From the NCBI GenBank assembly GCA_965261735.1, contig OZ253470.1:544001-608000 (forward strand): a stretch of 64,000 bases of DNA, written 5' to 3'. Source of the stretch: Alphaproteobacteria bacterium. GTDB lineage: Bacteria > Pseudomonadota > Alphaproteobacteria > SHVV01. A model generated the notes under the pieces. The model saw only the letters and a program-made list of their open reading frames with translations, had not been told where the DNA came from and ran no database searches. Each line of letters begins with the position of its first letter. The first letter of the stretch is position 1. Below, piece after piece: positions 18,531 through 30,100 of this stretch. A program made the translations under genes and the position numbers.

Positions 18531-19876
18531 TGGCCACCCGCGTGCAGATGGAGTCCGCGCAGCGCACCAGCGACTGCGTGACCGAGCTCCTGCGCAAGCA
18601 GCCCTTCTTCGGGAGCCTGGCGCTCAGGCTCCCGCTCCGCGCCGATCCGAGCCGGGAGACGCTCGCGAGCGACGGGCACGAGATCCGCTACTCGCCCAAG
18701 TGGGTGGCCGACACCGACGCGCATGTCATCGAGACCGCGATGGCGCGCGTCGTAATGGCCTGCGCCCTGAAGCACCACACGCGCCGGGGCGAGCGCGACC
18801 CCGAGCGCTGGCAGCTCGCCTCGCAGCTCGTCACCCACGCGCTGCTGCGCGATTCCGGCTTCACCCTGCCGCCCGACGCCGAGGCGTGGGACGGGGTGAG
18901 TGTCGAGCAGGCCTACGAGCGCCTCCCGGAACCACAGGAGGACGATTCCGGCGGCGACAGCGGTTCGCCTTCCGTTGGTGGCGACATGGGTGCCGGCGCG
19001 GCCGCCGCCTCCGGTGGAGGTGACGAAGGCGCGGCCGACAGCCCTTCCGATTCGTCCGGCGAAGGCGACGGCGATACGCAGGACGGCTCGGGCGAGGGCG
19101 GCGACTCCGATGCGCCGGCGAGCCACGATCCTTCCGGCACCGGCGAGATCATGGACGCGGGCGCCCGCGGCGACGGCAATGCCGGGGACGGCGAGGCCCC
19201 GGTGGACGTCACCGCCGAGGAGCAGACATGGGACGAGGCCATGCACCAGGCCATGAACCTCGCCAGGGCCGAGGGGAAGCTGCCGGGCGGGGTCGAGGAG
19301 ACGGTGCGAAACGCCCATGCCAGCACCCTCGATTGGCGGACCCTCCTGCGCCGCCACATGACCGACGCCGCGCGCCGCGACTATAGCTGGAGCTTCCCGA
19401 ACCGGCGCTTCATCGACGGCGGGCTCTATCTCCCCTCCATACGCTCGGAGGGCATCGACGCGATCGCCGTCATCATCGACACCTCGGGCTCGCTGCCGGC
19501 CCAGACTCTCGCGGACTTCTGGGCCGAGGTGCGCGAGGTCGCCACCGAGATCCAGCCCGAGAGCGTCCACATCCTCCAGGTCGACGCCGCTCTTCAGGAC
19601 GCCGCCGAGTACGCCGCCTACGATCTGCCCGACGAGATCGTCATCAAGGGCCGGGGCGGCACCGACTTCCGGCCGGGCTTCGCCTGGCTCGACGAACAGG
19701 GCATCCAGCCCAGCGTGTGCCTCTATCTCACCGACATGCTGTGTTCCAGCTACCCCGACGCCGAACCTGCCTTTCCGGTGCTCTGGGTGAACTACTCGGA
19801 GCCCCCCGGCGACTGGAACCGCGAGCCCTGGGGCGAGCGCATCGACATCGCCCCCGACCGGAGGGCCTCGCCGTGA
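18527..19876 (+). CDS. DUF2201-type peptidase-like + vWA protein
   Basis: PFFGSLA N-terminus, acidic linker, MIDAS DTSGS, GRGGTDF, YLTD. HExxH is missing. Confidence 0.85.
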   Translation: MMATRVQMESAQRTSDCVTELLRKQPFFGSLALRLPLRADPSRETLASDGHEIRYSPKWVADTDAHVIETAMARVVMACALKHHTRRGERDPERWQLASQLVTHALLRDSGFTLPPDAEAWDGVSVEQAYERLPEPQEDDSGGDSGSPSVGGDMGAGAAAASGGGDEGAADSPSDSSGEGDGDTQDGSGEGGDSDAPASHDPSGTGEIMDAGARGDGNAGDGEAPVDVTAEEQTWDEAMHQAMNLARAEGKLPGGVEETVRNAHASTLDWRTLLRRHMTDAARRDYSWSFPNRRFIDGGLYLPSIRSEGIDAIAVIIDTSGSLPAQTLADFWAEVREVATEIQPESVHILQVDAALQDAAEYAAYDLPDEIVIKGRGGTDFRPGFAWLDEQGIQPSVCLYLTDMLCSSYPDAEPAFPVLWVNYSEPPGDWNREPWGERIDIAPDRRASP

Positions 19877-20289
19877 TCCGCACGATCCACGGCGCTCCGG
19901 CCGAGGCGCTGAGACAGGCACTCGAAGCCCTGGCCGGACTCTCGTTCTGGATATCCTGGACCTCCGACCCTGACCTCGGGCCCGAACCGTTCGTCAGCGC
20001 CCGCTGCATGCGGGACGCGGCGAATGCGCTCCGCAAGGCCGCGAGGCTCCTCGACGACGCCGCAGACCGGGCCGACCCACCGCCCGAGACCGCCCGGCGG
20101 GCGACCGCACCCGGCTCCGGCGCTGCCCCGGAGGACACCTCCGGGGGCGGCGCCGGCCCTCCCGCCGCCGACACCCGGGACCCGTGGGAGCACCGAGCCG
20201 AGGCGGAGCCGAGCCCGGCCCGGGCGGGCGAATGCCGGCCGGAGAGGGCCGCGTTTGCCCCGCCAATCCGTTCATCCATGGAGATTCGC

Positions 20290-22830
20290 ATGAATCACAC
20301 CACACCTCCGCCCGAGCCGCTCATCCGGGAGGTCCCGCTGAGCTGCCTCGCGCTCGCGCCCGAGAACGTGCGCAAGACCCCCGCCAACCAATTCGCCGAG
20401 GCCGAGCTCGTGGCCTCCATCAAGGCGCACGGCCTGCTGGAGAACCTCGTCGCCCGCGCCGACGATCCGGCCCCGGACGGCGCCGTGCGCTTCGCCGTCG
20501 TCGCCGGCGGGCGCCGCCTTGCGGCCCTGAAGGCGCTGGCCGAGGACGGCACCCTCGATGCCGACCATCCGGTGCCGTGCAAGATCGCCGCGAACGGCAA
20601 CGCCGGCGAGCTCTCGCTCGCGGAGAACGTCATCCGCATCGCGATGCACCCCGCCGACCAGGTGGTCGCGTTCAGCCAGCTCGCCCGGTCCGCCATCACC
20701 GTCGCCGCCATCGCCGCGCGCTTCGGCGTCACCGAGCGCCTGGTCGAGCAACGGCTCCGCCTCGGCAACGCCGCGCCCGAGCTGCTCGACGCATACCGCG
20801 CGGACGACATCGACCTGGAGGTGCTGAAGGCGTTCTCGGTCACCACCGATCACGACCGACAGCGGTCCGTGTGGGAGGGGGTGGCGAGCCAGGGCTACCG
20901 CCCGTCCGCCTGGCAGGTGAAGCGCATGCTCACCGAGGAACGGGTGCCCGCCGGCTCGCCCATGGCGCGCTACGTCGGCGTCGACGCCTACGAGGCCGCG
21001 GGCGGCCCGGTGCTGCGCGACCTCTTCGCCGACGAGCACGAGAACGGCGTCTGGCTTGAGGACCCGGCGCTGCTCATCGAGCTCGCCATGAAGAGGCTCC
21101 AGGCGGCCGCCGACGAGCTCTCCACCCGCTGGAAGTGGGCCGAGCCGATGGCGGACGTCGACTGGAGCACCACCGCGCGTTTCGGGCGCATCCATCCCGA
21201 GCCCGCCGAGCCGACCGACGCCGAGAAGGGCGAGATCGAGAAGCTCCGCACCCGCCACGACGAGCTCGCCAACATGGACGAGGACGCGTGGACGGACGAG
21301 CTGGTCGAGGAGGCCGAAGGCATCGAGCCGCGCCTCGACGAGATCGAGGCCCAGGTCGAGGCCCGCGCCCGGTTCAAGCCTGAGGACTTCGCGATCGCCG
21401 GCTGCATCGCCACCATCGGGCGCGACGGCTCGCTCCAGGTCATCCAGGGGCTGGTCAAGCCGGAAGACATGCCGAAACCGGCGGAGGCCGCAGACGCCGG
21501 CACCGGCACGGAGTCCGCGCATGGCGACGACACCGATACCGGCACCGATTCCGGCCGCATCGCCGGACCGGCCATGTCCACGCCGATGCAGTTGCCGAAG
21601 GACCGCGAGGCCGAGGCGCGCAAGGAAGCCGGCGTCGGCATCGGCCTCGGCGACGATCTGCGGTCCATCCGCACCGCGCTGGTGAAGGCGCATCTCGCCA
21701 ACGACTTCGAGGCCGCGTTCGACCTCATGGTGTTCCAGCTCGTGCGCGCTGTGTTCGCGCAGGGCTACACCGGCTCCTCGCACGCGCTCGACATCGCCTT
21801 CAACGAGACCGCCGACCGCCCCACGACGCGGACGAACGACGACGAATTTGCGGCTTGGAGCCCGGGCGAGGCCATGCTTGGCGATTGGTCCCACCTCCCG
21901 TTCGAGTGGATGGAGGGCGACAACGACGCGGCCTGTTTCGCGGCGCTCCGGGAACTGCCCCGGGCGGACAAGGAGAAGCTGTTCGCGGCCGCGGTCGCAC
22001 GGACGGTGAAGGGCCAGCTCGCCTTCGAGCACGGCGCGCGTCCGGAGCTCGAAGCCACCGTCGCGCGGCTCGACATCAACTTCGCGAAGCACGTCCGGCC
22101 GACCGCCGACATGCTGTGGTCGCGCATCAGGAAGGACCGCATCCTCGACGTCGCCCGCCAGACGCTCGGCACCGCCTGGGCCTCGGCCCGGTCCAAGTAC
22201 AAGAAGGCGGACCTCGCCACGGCGATGGAGAAGGCGTTCGCGGCCGGCACCCCGCCGGTCGGTATCGGCGCCACGGCGCACGCCGCCGCCCTCGCCTGGA
22301 CCATGCCGGGGTTCGCGGCGTTCGATACCGGCGGCGTGGACGACGACACCGCGGCGGAAGCGGCCCCCGCCGACAGGCCGGCGGACACCCCGGACGCATC
22401 CGGAGATGCCAACCCCGCGCCCGCCGACAAGCCCCGCAAGACCTCGGTCGTCGAGAGCATCGAGTCGCCTGCCATCGCCGAGCAGCGCGCCGCCGCGCTT
22501 GCGGCTGCGACTTCGGACGGGACCGGCGAGTCCGCCGCCGCCCCGGAGCCGGACGGTGGTGAGGCCCCTGAAGGCCCTGCCAACGGCAACGGCCATGACG
22601 TGTCCACCGTCGCGGAGGGCGAGGCCGGCCCGGAGCCGGTGAACGGAGGCGGCGAGGGCGAGGACGGTCCCGCCGACCCGTCGGTCGCCGACCCCATCGA
22701 CGCGATGAACGCCGTCCCGACCGCCGATGGCGGGCCCAGGGTGATCGTGCAGACCGTCGCTCCCGTCAACGGCCGCGAGGCCGGCGCCGACCCGCTGGAG
22801 ATCCCCGAGTTCCTGCGCCGCGTCCACTGA
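20290..22830 (+). CDS. ParB/RepB/Spo0J-family protein (long leading-region type)
   Basis: NVRKT, SIKAHGLLENL, VAGGRRLAAL, SLAEN, HPAD, HTH. Frame is open back to GTG 19873. Confidence 0.88.
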   Translation: MNHTTPPPEPLIREVPLSCLALAPENVRKTPANQFAEAELVASIKAHGLLENLVARADDPAPDGAVRFAVVAGGRRLAALKALAEDGTLDADHPVPCKIAANGNAGELSLAENVIRIAMHPADQVVAFSQLARSAITVAAIAARFGVTERLVEQRLRLGNAAPELLDAYRADDIDLEVLKAFSVTTDHDRQRSVWEGVASQGYRPSAWQVKRMLTEERVPAGSPMARYVGVDAYEAAGGPVLRDLFADEHENGVWLEDPALLIELAMKRLQAAADELSTRWKWAEPMADVDWSTTARFGRIHPEPAEPTDAEKGEIEKLRTRHDELANMDEDAWTDELVEEAEGIEPRLDEIEAQVEARARFKPEDFAIAGCIATIGRDGSLQVIQGLVKPEDMPKPAEAADAGTGTESAHGDDTDTGTDSGRIAGPAMSTPMQLPKDREAEARKEAGVGIGLGDDLRSIRTALVKAHLANDFEAAFDLMVFQLVRAVFAQGYTGSSHALDIAFNETADRPTTRTNDDEFAAWSPGEAMLGDWSHLPFEWMEGDNDAACFAALRELPRADKEKLFAAAVARTVKGQLAFEHGARPELEATVARLDINFAKHVRPTADMLWSRIRKDRILDVARQTLGTAWASARSKYKKADLATAMEKAFAAGTPPVGIGATAHAAALAWTMPGFAAFDTGGVDDDTAAEAAPADRPADTPDASGDANPAPADKPRKTSVVESIESPAIAEQRAAALAAATSDGTGESAAAPEPDGGEAPEGPANGNGHDVSTVAEGEAGPEPVNGGGEGEDGPADPSVADPIDAMNAVPTADGGPRVIVQTVAPVNGREAGADPLEIPEFLRRVH

Positions 22831-22911
22831 CCGTCCGCCATGGCAAGCGCCCCGTCCCGAACCCCTCCGGGCGGGGCGCTTCCTTTTCCGCATTCATCAT
22901 GGAGAGCGCAC

Positions 22912-24666
22912 ATGAACGACACCGCGACCATCCGTGCCCGCATTCACGACAGCGCCATCAGGCGCGTCACGAGGACGTTCGCCGCCACCCTCGCGGATAT
23001 CTTCACCGAGACCTTGCAGAACAGCCGCCGGGCCGGCGCCACGCGGGTCCGCGTCGCCGTCACCGGCCCGGCCGATACCGGCCCCCTGACCGTCACCGTG
23101 ACCGACGACGGCGCCGGCATCGCCGATCCCGCCGTCCTGCTGTCGTTCGGCGAGAACGGCTGGAGCGAGGACCTGGTGCGCCGCGAGGATGCCGCCGGCA
23201 TGGGCATGCTGAGCCTCGCGCGCCGCGGCTGCACGGTCTCCTCCCGACCGCGCAGCACCGATGGTTCGGCCGCGCCCGGCTGCCGCGTCGAGCTTGCGCC
23301 GGAGCATTTCCTCGGCGAGGCCGCGGCCGAGGTTCACCCGGACGATGGCGCGCCCTGGCCGCACGGCACCGCCGTCACGTTCCAGGCCACCGAGTCCGAG
23401 AACGCCACCCTCATCCGCGGGGCGATCGGCACCGCCGCATGGCACTATCCGCTGCCGGTCGTCTTCGAGAACGTCCCGACCACGCCGGCCGGCGGCGAGG
23501 AGTTGGAACGCCGCGCCTTCCTCGACGGCGCGCTCCATGCCGAGCGCTGGCCCGGTCTCGTTTTCGGCGTGTACAAGGACCGCTGGAACGGCTTCGGCCT
23601 GAACGACCCCGACGTCAACTTCCACGGCCTCGCCGTCTCGGTCCGCCTGCCGAGCGTCGAGACGGTGGCGGGCGCGCGCTGGTCGGTCGCCGCCGACATC
23701 GTGGACTGTCCCGAGCTGGAGCTCGTGCTGCCCGCCCGAAAGGAAGCCGTCGAGACCCCGTTCCTCGACGAGATGCGCGAGGCCGCACGCCTTGCCGTCT
23801 ACCGCGCCATGGCCGCCGACCCGGACCCGCGCCCTTCCTTCGCAGACCGGAAACGAGCGCACGAGGCCGACATCGACATCGCCCCACCGCCCGCCGAGCT
23901 GCGGCCCTGGCGCCCCGGCCTCGCCGACGTCGACGATTGGCGCGAGCCGCCGAAGCGCCAGCCGGTGGGCCCCGACGCGCTCCTCATGGCGTGCGACCCC
24001 GAACCGCCCGAGGCGCAGGCGTTCTGGCGGGCCGCCGAGCGCAACGGCGTCGCCGGCCGGCTGTTCGAGCCCGACCGCCGCCTGGAGGGCTACGCCTGGT
24101 ACGACGCGATCGCGCGCGTCGCCGCCATCCACATCGAGATCACGGCCGATGGCAGGACCTGCGCACTCGACGCGTACGCCCCGGCCGGCGGCATCCACAG
24201 GCGCGAGGAACCCGTGCAGCAGCGTCCCGCGGCGATCCGCATCGGCCTCGCCGTCACGCCGCACGAGGGACCCCGCCGCATCCTCGACCTCGACACCGAC
24301 GTCGCCTTCGCGGGCGAAGCCTGGTGCTGGGCGGGCGACGCCCTGCCGCTGGTCACCGCGGACAGCGACATCGAACCCTGGCAGCTCGCGCAACTCGTGC
24401 GTGTCGGGTTCTTTTCCGCCAGCGACGATGCCGACGCGGATTCGTGGGAGACCCAGCGGACCGCCTTCGAGCAGGACGCGCTCCACGCAGCGACGAAGCT
24501 ACTGGTCTCGGACGACGAGGCGCGACGCACCACGATCGCGGATGCCGTCACCCGGGAGCTGCTCTGGCTCATCCCCCACGACCGGGGCGCCGACATCTCC
24601 GTGCGCGACCGCAAGGTGACGGTGACCCTCGGCGAGCCCGTTGCAGAGGCCGTCGTCGGCGGCTGA
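22912..24666 (+). CDS. GHKL/HATPase_c-domain protein
   Basis: ETLQNSRRAGA, DDGAGI, AGMG, GT motifs. Confidence 0.82.
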   Translation: MNDTATIRARIHDSAIRRVTRTFAATLADIFTETLQNSRRAGATRVRVAVTGPADTGPLTVTVTDDGAGIADPAVLLSFGENGWSEDLVRREDAAGMGMLSLARRGCTVSSRPRSTDGSAAPGCRVELAPEHFLGEAAAEVHPDDGAPWPHGTAVTFQATESENATLIRGAIGTAAWHYPLPVVFENVPTTPAGGEELERRAFLDGALHAERWPGLVFGVYKDRWNGFGLNDPDVNFHGLAVSVRLPSVETVAGARWSVAADIVDCPELELVLPARKEAVETPFLDEMREAARLAVYRAMAADPDPRPSFADRKRAHEADIDIAPPPAELRPWRPGLADVDDWREPPKRQPVGPDALLMACDPEPPEAQAFWRAAERNGVAGRLFEPDRRLEGYAWYDAIARVAAIHIEITADGRTCALDAYAPAGGIHRREEPVQQRPAAIRIGLAVTPHEGPRRILDLDTDVAFAGEAWCWAGDALPLVTADSDIEPWQLAQLVRVGFFSASDDADADSWETQRTAFEQDALHAATKLLVSDDEARRTTIADAVTRELLWLIPHDRGADISVRDRKVTVTLGEPVAEAVVGG

Positions 24667-24825
24667 CCCCGGCCCCGGTTGGCGAGCGCCGACACGCCAT
24701 CCACTGCCACCACCAGCCCCCGGCCGCCCGGAGACCGGCCGGCGTCCGTCCGGACGAGCGAAGGTCGGGGCGCGGGAGCGTCCCGTCCCTCCACGTCCCG
24801 TCCTCATCTCAGCGGAGGCCCGACA

Positions 24826-25047
24826 ATGAAACCCCACACCGATCCCCTCACGGCTCCCGCCGGCATCCCCGCCGCGCCGCCCAGCCCCGCCGACGAGGCG
24901 AGGAAGCGCGCCATCGCCCAGGCGCTCTGGACCGAGATCCACTGGCTGATGCCAACCGACCGCGCGGTCACCATCACCGTCGACGGCGACGACATCCGCG
25001 TCTCGTTCGGTCCGCCCGGCCCGGGCAGTTGCCCGGCTTCGCACTGA
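24826..25047 (+). CDS. Small protein resembling the C-terminus of the upstream ATPase
   Basis: GGAGG RBS; DEARKRAIA…WLMP-DR matches DEARRTTIA…WLIP-DR. Confidence 0.6.
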   Translation: MKPHTDPLTAPAGIPAAPPSPADEARKRAIAQALWTEIHWLMPTDRAVTITVDGDDIRVSFGPPGPGSCPASH

Positions 25048-25138
25048 CGGTCCGGGGGGCATCCCACCATCCCAGCGGCGCTCCGGCGCCCCTCCATCGA
25101 ACGCCGTTGAAGCGTTCGCCACGAGGCAGGCATACCAA

Positions 25139-25477
25139 ATGAAAATCACCCGAGACTTCCGGCCGCTGTCGGACCGCTACAGCTTCGACTGCGGCCCGTG
25201 CACGACCGCCAACGGCTTCGCGCAAATCGACACCCGCCAGGACGCTTCGTATTACGGCACGTGGTGCTCTCCGGCGAAGCGCACGATCGTGAACTTCTGC
25301 GAGGGCGACGTGACCACCACGGTCTGCGAGACCGACGCCGAGTTCGTCCGGCAAGTCCGCGAACTGGCCGCGTGGAACGACGAGAGCGGCTACGGCCCGA
25401 TGAAGATCGACGCCGTATCCCACGACGGATTGCGCCAGGCGTTCGAGACGCTCGGCCTCGCCGACCTGTTGCACTGA
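25139..25477 (+). CDS. Hypothetical protein
   Basis: High GC3, complex protein-like sequence. Confidence 0.75.
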   Translation: MKITRDFRPLSDRYSFDCGPCTTANGFAQIDTRQDASYYGTWCSPAKRTIVNFCEGDVTTTVCETDAEFVRQVRELAAWNDESGYGPMKIDAVSHDGLRQAFETLGLADLLH

Positions 25478-25545
25478 ACGCATTCCACCGAGGGGCGCGG
25501 CTGCCGCCAGCCCCACCGATCCCCTGCAATGCGAGGAGGAGCCTC

Positions 25546-26052
25546 ATGCCCAGGACAGAGACCGCGACATGCCAGGACTGCGGCTGGCGGGGTCCGGTCG
25601 AGGACACCAAGGAGTTCCGCCATCTCTACGAGCGCGTGCATCCGGGCGATGTCATGCCGGCCGGCGACTGCCCGGTGGAGGGCTGCGGCGGCGCCGCGAT
25701 GCTCGACGATGAGCGCCGTGACGCGGACGATCTGCGCCCCGCGATGGTCGCGCTCATGCTCGGCCTCGACCGGCTTCACGAAAGCATTGGCACGGGCGAT
25801 CCGCGCGCGCCGATCGGCGCCCACGTCAAGGAGCTTGCCGACTACGCCCGCAAGGCGCTGGCGGCCGGACCCCGGCTGCAACCCGTCTGCAACACCTGCG
25901 GCGGTGTCGGCGTCCAGGTGGATGCGTGGGCGTGCTGGGATGTCGATACACAGCGCTGGGTGCTGCACAGCACCTATGAGGCCGCCGCCATCTGCGCCAA
26001 CTGCGACGTCGAGTGCAGCTACACCATGAAGCCCGTCGCGGAGGCAGCGTGA
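25546..26052 (+). CDS. Hypothetical protein with two Zn-finger-like regions
   Basis: AGGAGG RBS; CQDC…CPVEGC and CNTC…CANC. Confidence 0.72.
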   Translation: MPRTETATCQDCGWRGPVEDTKEFRHLYERVHPGDVMPAGDCPVEGCGGAAMLDDERRDADDLRPAMVALMLGLDRLHESIGTGDPRAPIGAHVKELADYARKALAAGPRLQPVCNTCGGVGVQVDAWACWDVDTQRWVLHSTYEAAAICANCDVECSYTMKPVAEAA

Positions 26053-26390
26053 TGGCCGGCAGGAGCGCGTTTGACTTCGCCGGCAACCGCATCATCCGCC
26101 AGTCCGAGCCCAAGAGAATCGGCAAGCACGAATGGCGGCTGACCCTCTACCGCTCGGAGCACCACGATCGCCCGCTCATCGGCTACGAGTGGCGCCGCGC
26201 CGACCGCTCGCCGATCCGGCGCAAGTGCCCCGGCGGCGTCTACTTCCTCGACGGCTCCATATGGATGCGTGACGAGAACTGGCCGTCCTACAACCACAAC
26301 GACGGCCAGTACGCGGGCATGCCGCGCACGCTCCGCAAGCTGTGGGAGCAATGCCGCTGGGCGCAAACGCGCGAAGCGTCCCCGGCCTGA
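26052..26390 (+). CDS. Hypothetical protein
   Basis: TGATG coupling to the upstream gene. Confidence 0.65.
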   Translation: MAGRSAFDFAGNRIIRQSEPKRIGKHEWRLTLYRSEHHDRPLIGYEWRRADRSPIRRKCPGGVYFLDGSIWMRDENWPSYNHNDGQYAGMPRTLRKLWEQCRWAQTREASPA

Positions 26391-26559
26391 CCTTCTGCCT
26401 GCGCGCCTCTCGCGGCGTCCGCACCGGGCGCCGACACCCTCGCGAGCGAGGGTAACCGCCCCGAGCGCCCGCCCGCCGCACGCGCCCAACCCCGCGCCCC
26501 GTCCCGGTCCGTCCCGGGGCGGGGCGTTCGTCTCTCCGGCACCAGGGAGGACTCCACCG

Positions 26560-26898
26560 ATGCCCGACATCGACATCCACGCGTCCACCGCGCCCGCCGG
26601 CCCGCCGCCGGCCATCAACCCGATGGACCCGGCGCGCGGCGACAACCTCTCGTCCGCCTTCGCCGCGGTGCTCGCCTGGGCAATCGGCCGCCCGGCGATG
26701 ACCGAGCCCGCCATCACCGGCGTCGTCGTCAGCGGCGGGTGCGTGTTCGCGGCCACCTCCGCCTCGCCCTTCCACGACACCCTCATTGGCTCGTGGCCGG
26801 ACCTCGAAGCCAATCTTCGCGCCTGGGGAGACGCGTGCGCTGCCGAGCCCGCGATGGTCGACAACCTCGTCGCGAAGGTTCGGGGAGCATCCCGCTAG
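26560..26898 (+). CDS. Hypothetical protein
   Basis: GGAGG RBS, high GC3. Confidence 0.65.
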   Translation: MPDIDIHASTAPAGPPPAINPMDPARGDNLSSAFAAVLAWAIGRPAMTEPAITGVVVSGGCVFAATSASPFHDTLIGSWPDLEANLRAWGDACAAEPAMVDNLVAKVRGASR

Positions 26899-27132
26899 GC
26901 GCCCCGCACACCGACCCGGCGGACGTCCGCGCGGGAAGTCCCAGCCCCATCGCACCCGGCCGCACCCGCACTGCGCGGCGCCGGAGCGCCGTCCCCGCCT
27001 GATCCCGCGCATTTCCGCTCCGCGCCATCCCGAGGCGAGGCAGCCGTCCGGGGGCAGGCCCGGCGAAGCGGCACGGGAGAAGCCACCCGCGCCGCGACCG
27101 GCGGTTCCACGCACACCAATCCGGAGAGACCC

Positions 27133-30100
27133 ATGCTCGACGCCCACCCGGCGCCGGGTGCGTCCGCGCGCCCGCAGCTTCCCCCCGTATCAGTCCCGGC
27201 CTCCGGCGGCGCGCCCGCCGACGTGGACGGCCCCGCGGCGCTCCTCGACGCCGCCCGGACCCTGCTCCCCGTGCTCGAAGCCGGCCGGCCGCTCGACGCC
27301 CCGACGCTTCGCGACGCCATGACCCGCGCCTTCGGCGCGAGCGACGCCAACGGCGCCTGGGTCTGGAAGGACGCCTACGAAGCCGCCGAGGCCGCCGTGG
27401 TGCTGTTCATGCAGCGCTACGGGCGCGCCATGCGCCAGCGGACCGGCGCCGGGGCCGACGGCCCCCGGAAAATGCTGGCGATGCTGGCGGCGATCGCCGC
27501 CCTGGAGCCCTCGCACACCAAGCGTTCCGAGGACCAGGTCCGGCTCCAGCAGTTCTCGACCCCGCTGCCGCTCGCCTATGCCGCGCTCCGCGCCGCCGCC
27601 GTCCGTCCCGGCGACACCGTGCTGGAGCCGTCGGCCGGGACCGGCATGCTCGCCGTGATGGCGGCGTGCGCGCTTGCGAGCCGCGCTGCCGGACACCTGC
27701 ATCTGAACGAGATCGCAAGCATCCGTGCCGGGCTGCTCGCGGGCTTGTTTCCCGGCACCGCCGTCACCCGCCACAACGCCGAGGCCCTCGCCGACTTCCT
27801 GCCCGCCGTCCGGCCGACGGTCGTGCTCATGAACCCGCCGTTCTCGGCGACGCCGGGGATCGACCGCATCCGCCACGACGCCGATCTGCGCCATATCCGC
27901 TCGGCCTTCTCGATGCTGCCGCCCGGCGGCCGGCTCGCCGCCATCACCTCGGCCCACTGCGTCCCCGGCGATTCCGCCTGGCGCGACGCCTTCGCATCCA
28001 TGGGCGGCGCCGCGCGCACCGTCTTCACCATGGCCATCGACGGGCGCGCCTATGCCCGGCGCGGCACCGGCTTCGACACCCGGCTCACCGTCATCGAGCG
28101 CAGCGCCGAGCCCGCCATCGAAGTGGACGGCCAAGCCCGCGCCGCGACGCCGGCCGAGCTGCTCGATGCCGTCATTGCCAAGGTGCCGCCGCGCCGCGCC
28201 ATCGAGCCCGAGCCCGTCCGGACCGCACCAGCCGCCGTCGCCGGCCGCGACCTCTTCGGCAATGCGGTCGCGCCCGCCAAAACGACGCGGAAGCCGCCCG
28301 CCCAGCCGTCGCCGGCGCAGCCCCATAACTGGGGTCCGGTGGCCGAGCTTGCCGTCGAGACCGGCGGCCCGGACGCCGGCGATGCCGCCACCGCCGGCAC
28401 CGCCAATGCCGGCCCCTACGATCCGTGGCGGCCAGGGGTGGTGCGGATCGCGGGCGCCATCGAGCATCCAACCCCGCTCGTGCAGTCCGCCGCCATGGCC
28501 GCCGTGCCGCATCCCGTGCCGTCCTGGCGCCCTCTGCTGCCCGAACGCGTGGTGACGGACGGCCTTTTGTCCGACGCCCAGCTCGAGAGCGTCGTGCTCG
28601 CAGGCGAGGCCCATACGCGCCATCTCGCCGCCCGCTATCGCGTCGGCTCGGGATGGGAGACGGTTGCACGCTGCCCCGAGGACAGTGACGAAGAGATCGA
28701 CACCGCCCTGCTGACGGAAGAGGGGGAGACGCTCTCCGCCCCTGTCCGGTTCAGACGCGGCTGGATGCTGGGCGACGGGACCGGAGCGGGCAAGGGCCGC
28801 CAGGTCGCCGCCATGGTGCTCGACAACTGGATGCGCGGCCGCAAGCGGGCGCTGTGGCTCTCGCAGTCCGACAAGCTGCTGGAGGACGCACGCCGCGACT
28901 GGACCGCGCTGGGAGGCCGCGATGCCGACGTGTTCCCGCTCGGCAACTTCCGCCAGGGGGCCGAGATACCGCTTGCCGAGGGCATCCTCTTTGCGACCTA
29001 CGCGACGCTGCGCTCGCCGGCCCGCCAGGGGAAGGCGTCGCGCCTCGACCAGATCGTCGCCTGGCTCGCCGGCTCCCTCGACGAGGACGACCGCCATGCC
29101 TTCGCCGGCGTCATCGTCTTCGACGAGGCACACGCGATGGCGAACGCCGCCGGCTCGAAGGGCAACCGGGGCGAGGTGAAGCCGTCCCAGCAGGGCCGCG
29201 CTGGCCTGCGCTTGCAGAACGCGCTGCCGGACGCGCGCATTGCCTACGTCTCGGCGACCGGCGCCACCACCGTCCCCGGTCTCGCCTATGCCGGGAGGCT
29301 CGGCCTCTGGGCCGCCGGCGAGACGCCGTTCGAGACCCGCACCGACTTCATCTCCGCGATGGAGGCGGGCGGGGTCGCGGCAATGGAGGTGCTCGCGCGC
29401 GACCTGAAGGCCCTCGGGCTCTACCAGGCCCGCGTGCTCTCCTATGACGGGGTCGAGGTCGAGATCCTGGAGCACCCGCTGACGCCCGAGCAGCGGCGCA
29501 TCTACGACGCCTATGCCGGCGCCTTCAAGGTCATCCACCACAACATCAACGAGGCCCTGAAGGCCACCGGTATCGTGGAGGGCGATTCGACGCTCAACAA
29601 GAACGCCAAGTCCGCCGCGCTGTCAGCCTTCGAGGGGGCGAAGCAGCGCTTCTTCGGCCACCTTTTGACCGCCATGAAGTGCCCGAGCCTGATCCGCGCG
29701 ATCGAGGCCGATCTCGATACCGGCCGCTCCGCCGTCGTCCAGCTCGTCTCGACCGGCGAGGCGCTGATGGAACGGCGCATCGCCGAGATCCCGGCCTCGG
29801 AATGGGACGACCTCTCCGTCGACCTCACGCCGCGCGAGACCGTCATCGAGTTCCTGGCCCACGCCTTCCCGGTACAGCTCCAGGAGCCGTTCACCGACGA
29901 CGAGGGCAACGTCATGAGCCGGCCCGTGTTCGACGACGACGGCAACCCCGTCATCTGCCAGGAGGCCGCCGCCCGCCGCGACGCTCTCATCGAGAAGCTC
30001 GCGGCCTTGCCGCCCGTGCAGTCGGCGCTCGACCAGATCGTGCACCGTTTCGGGCACGAGGCGGTCGCCGAGGTCACCGGCCGCTCGCGCCGGGTGCTGA

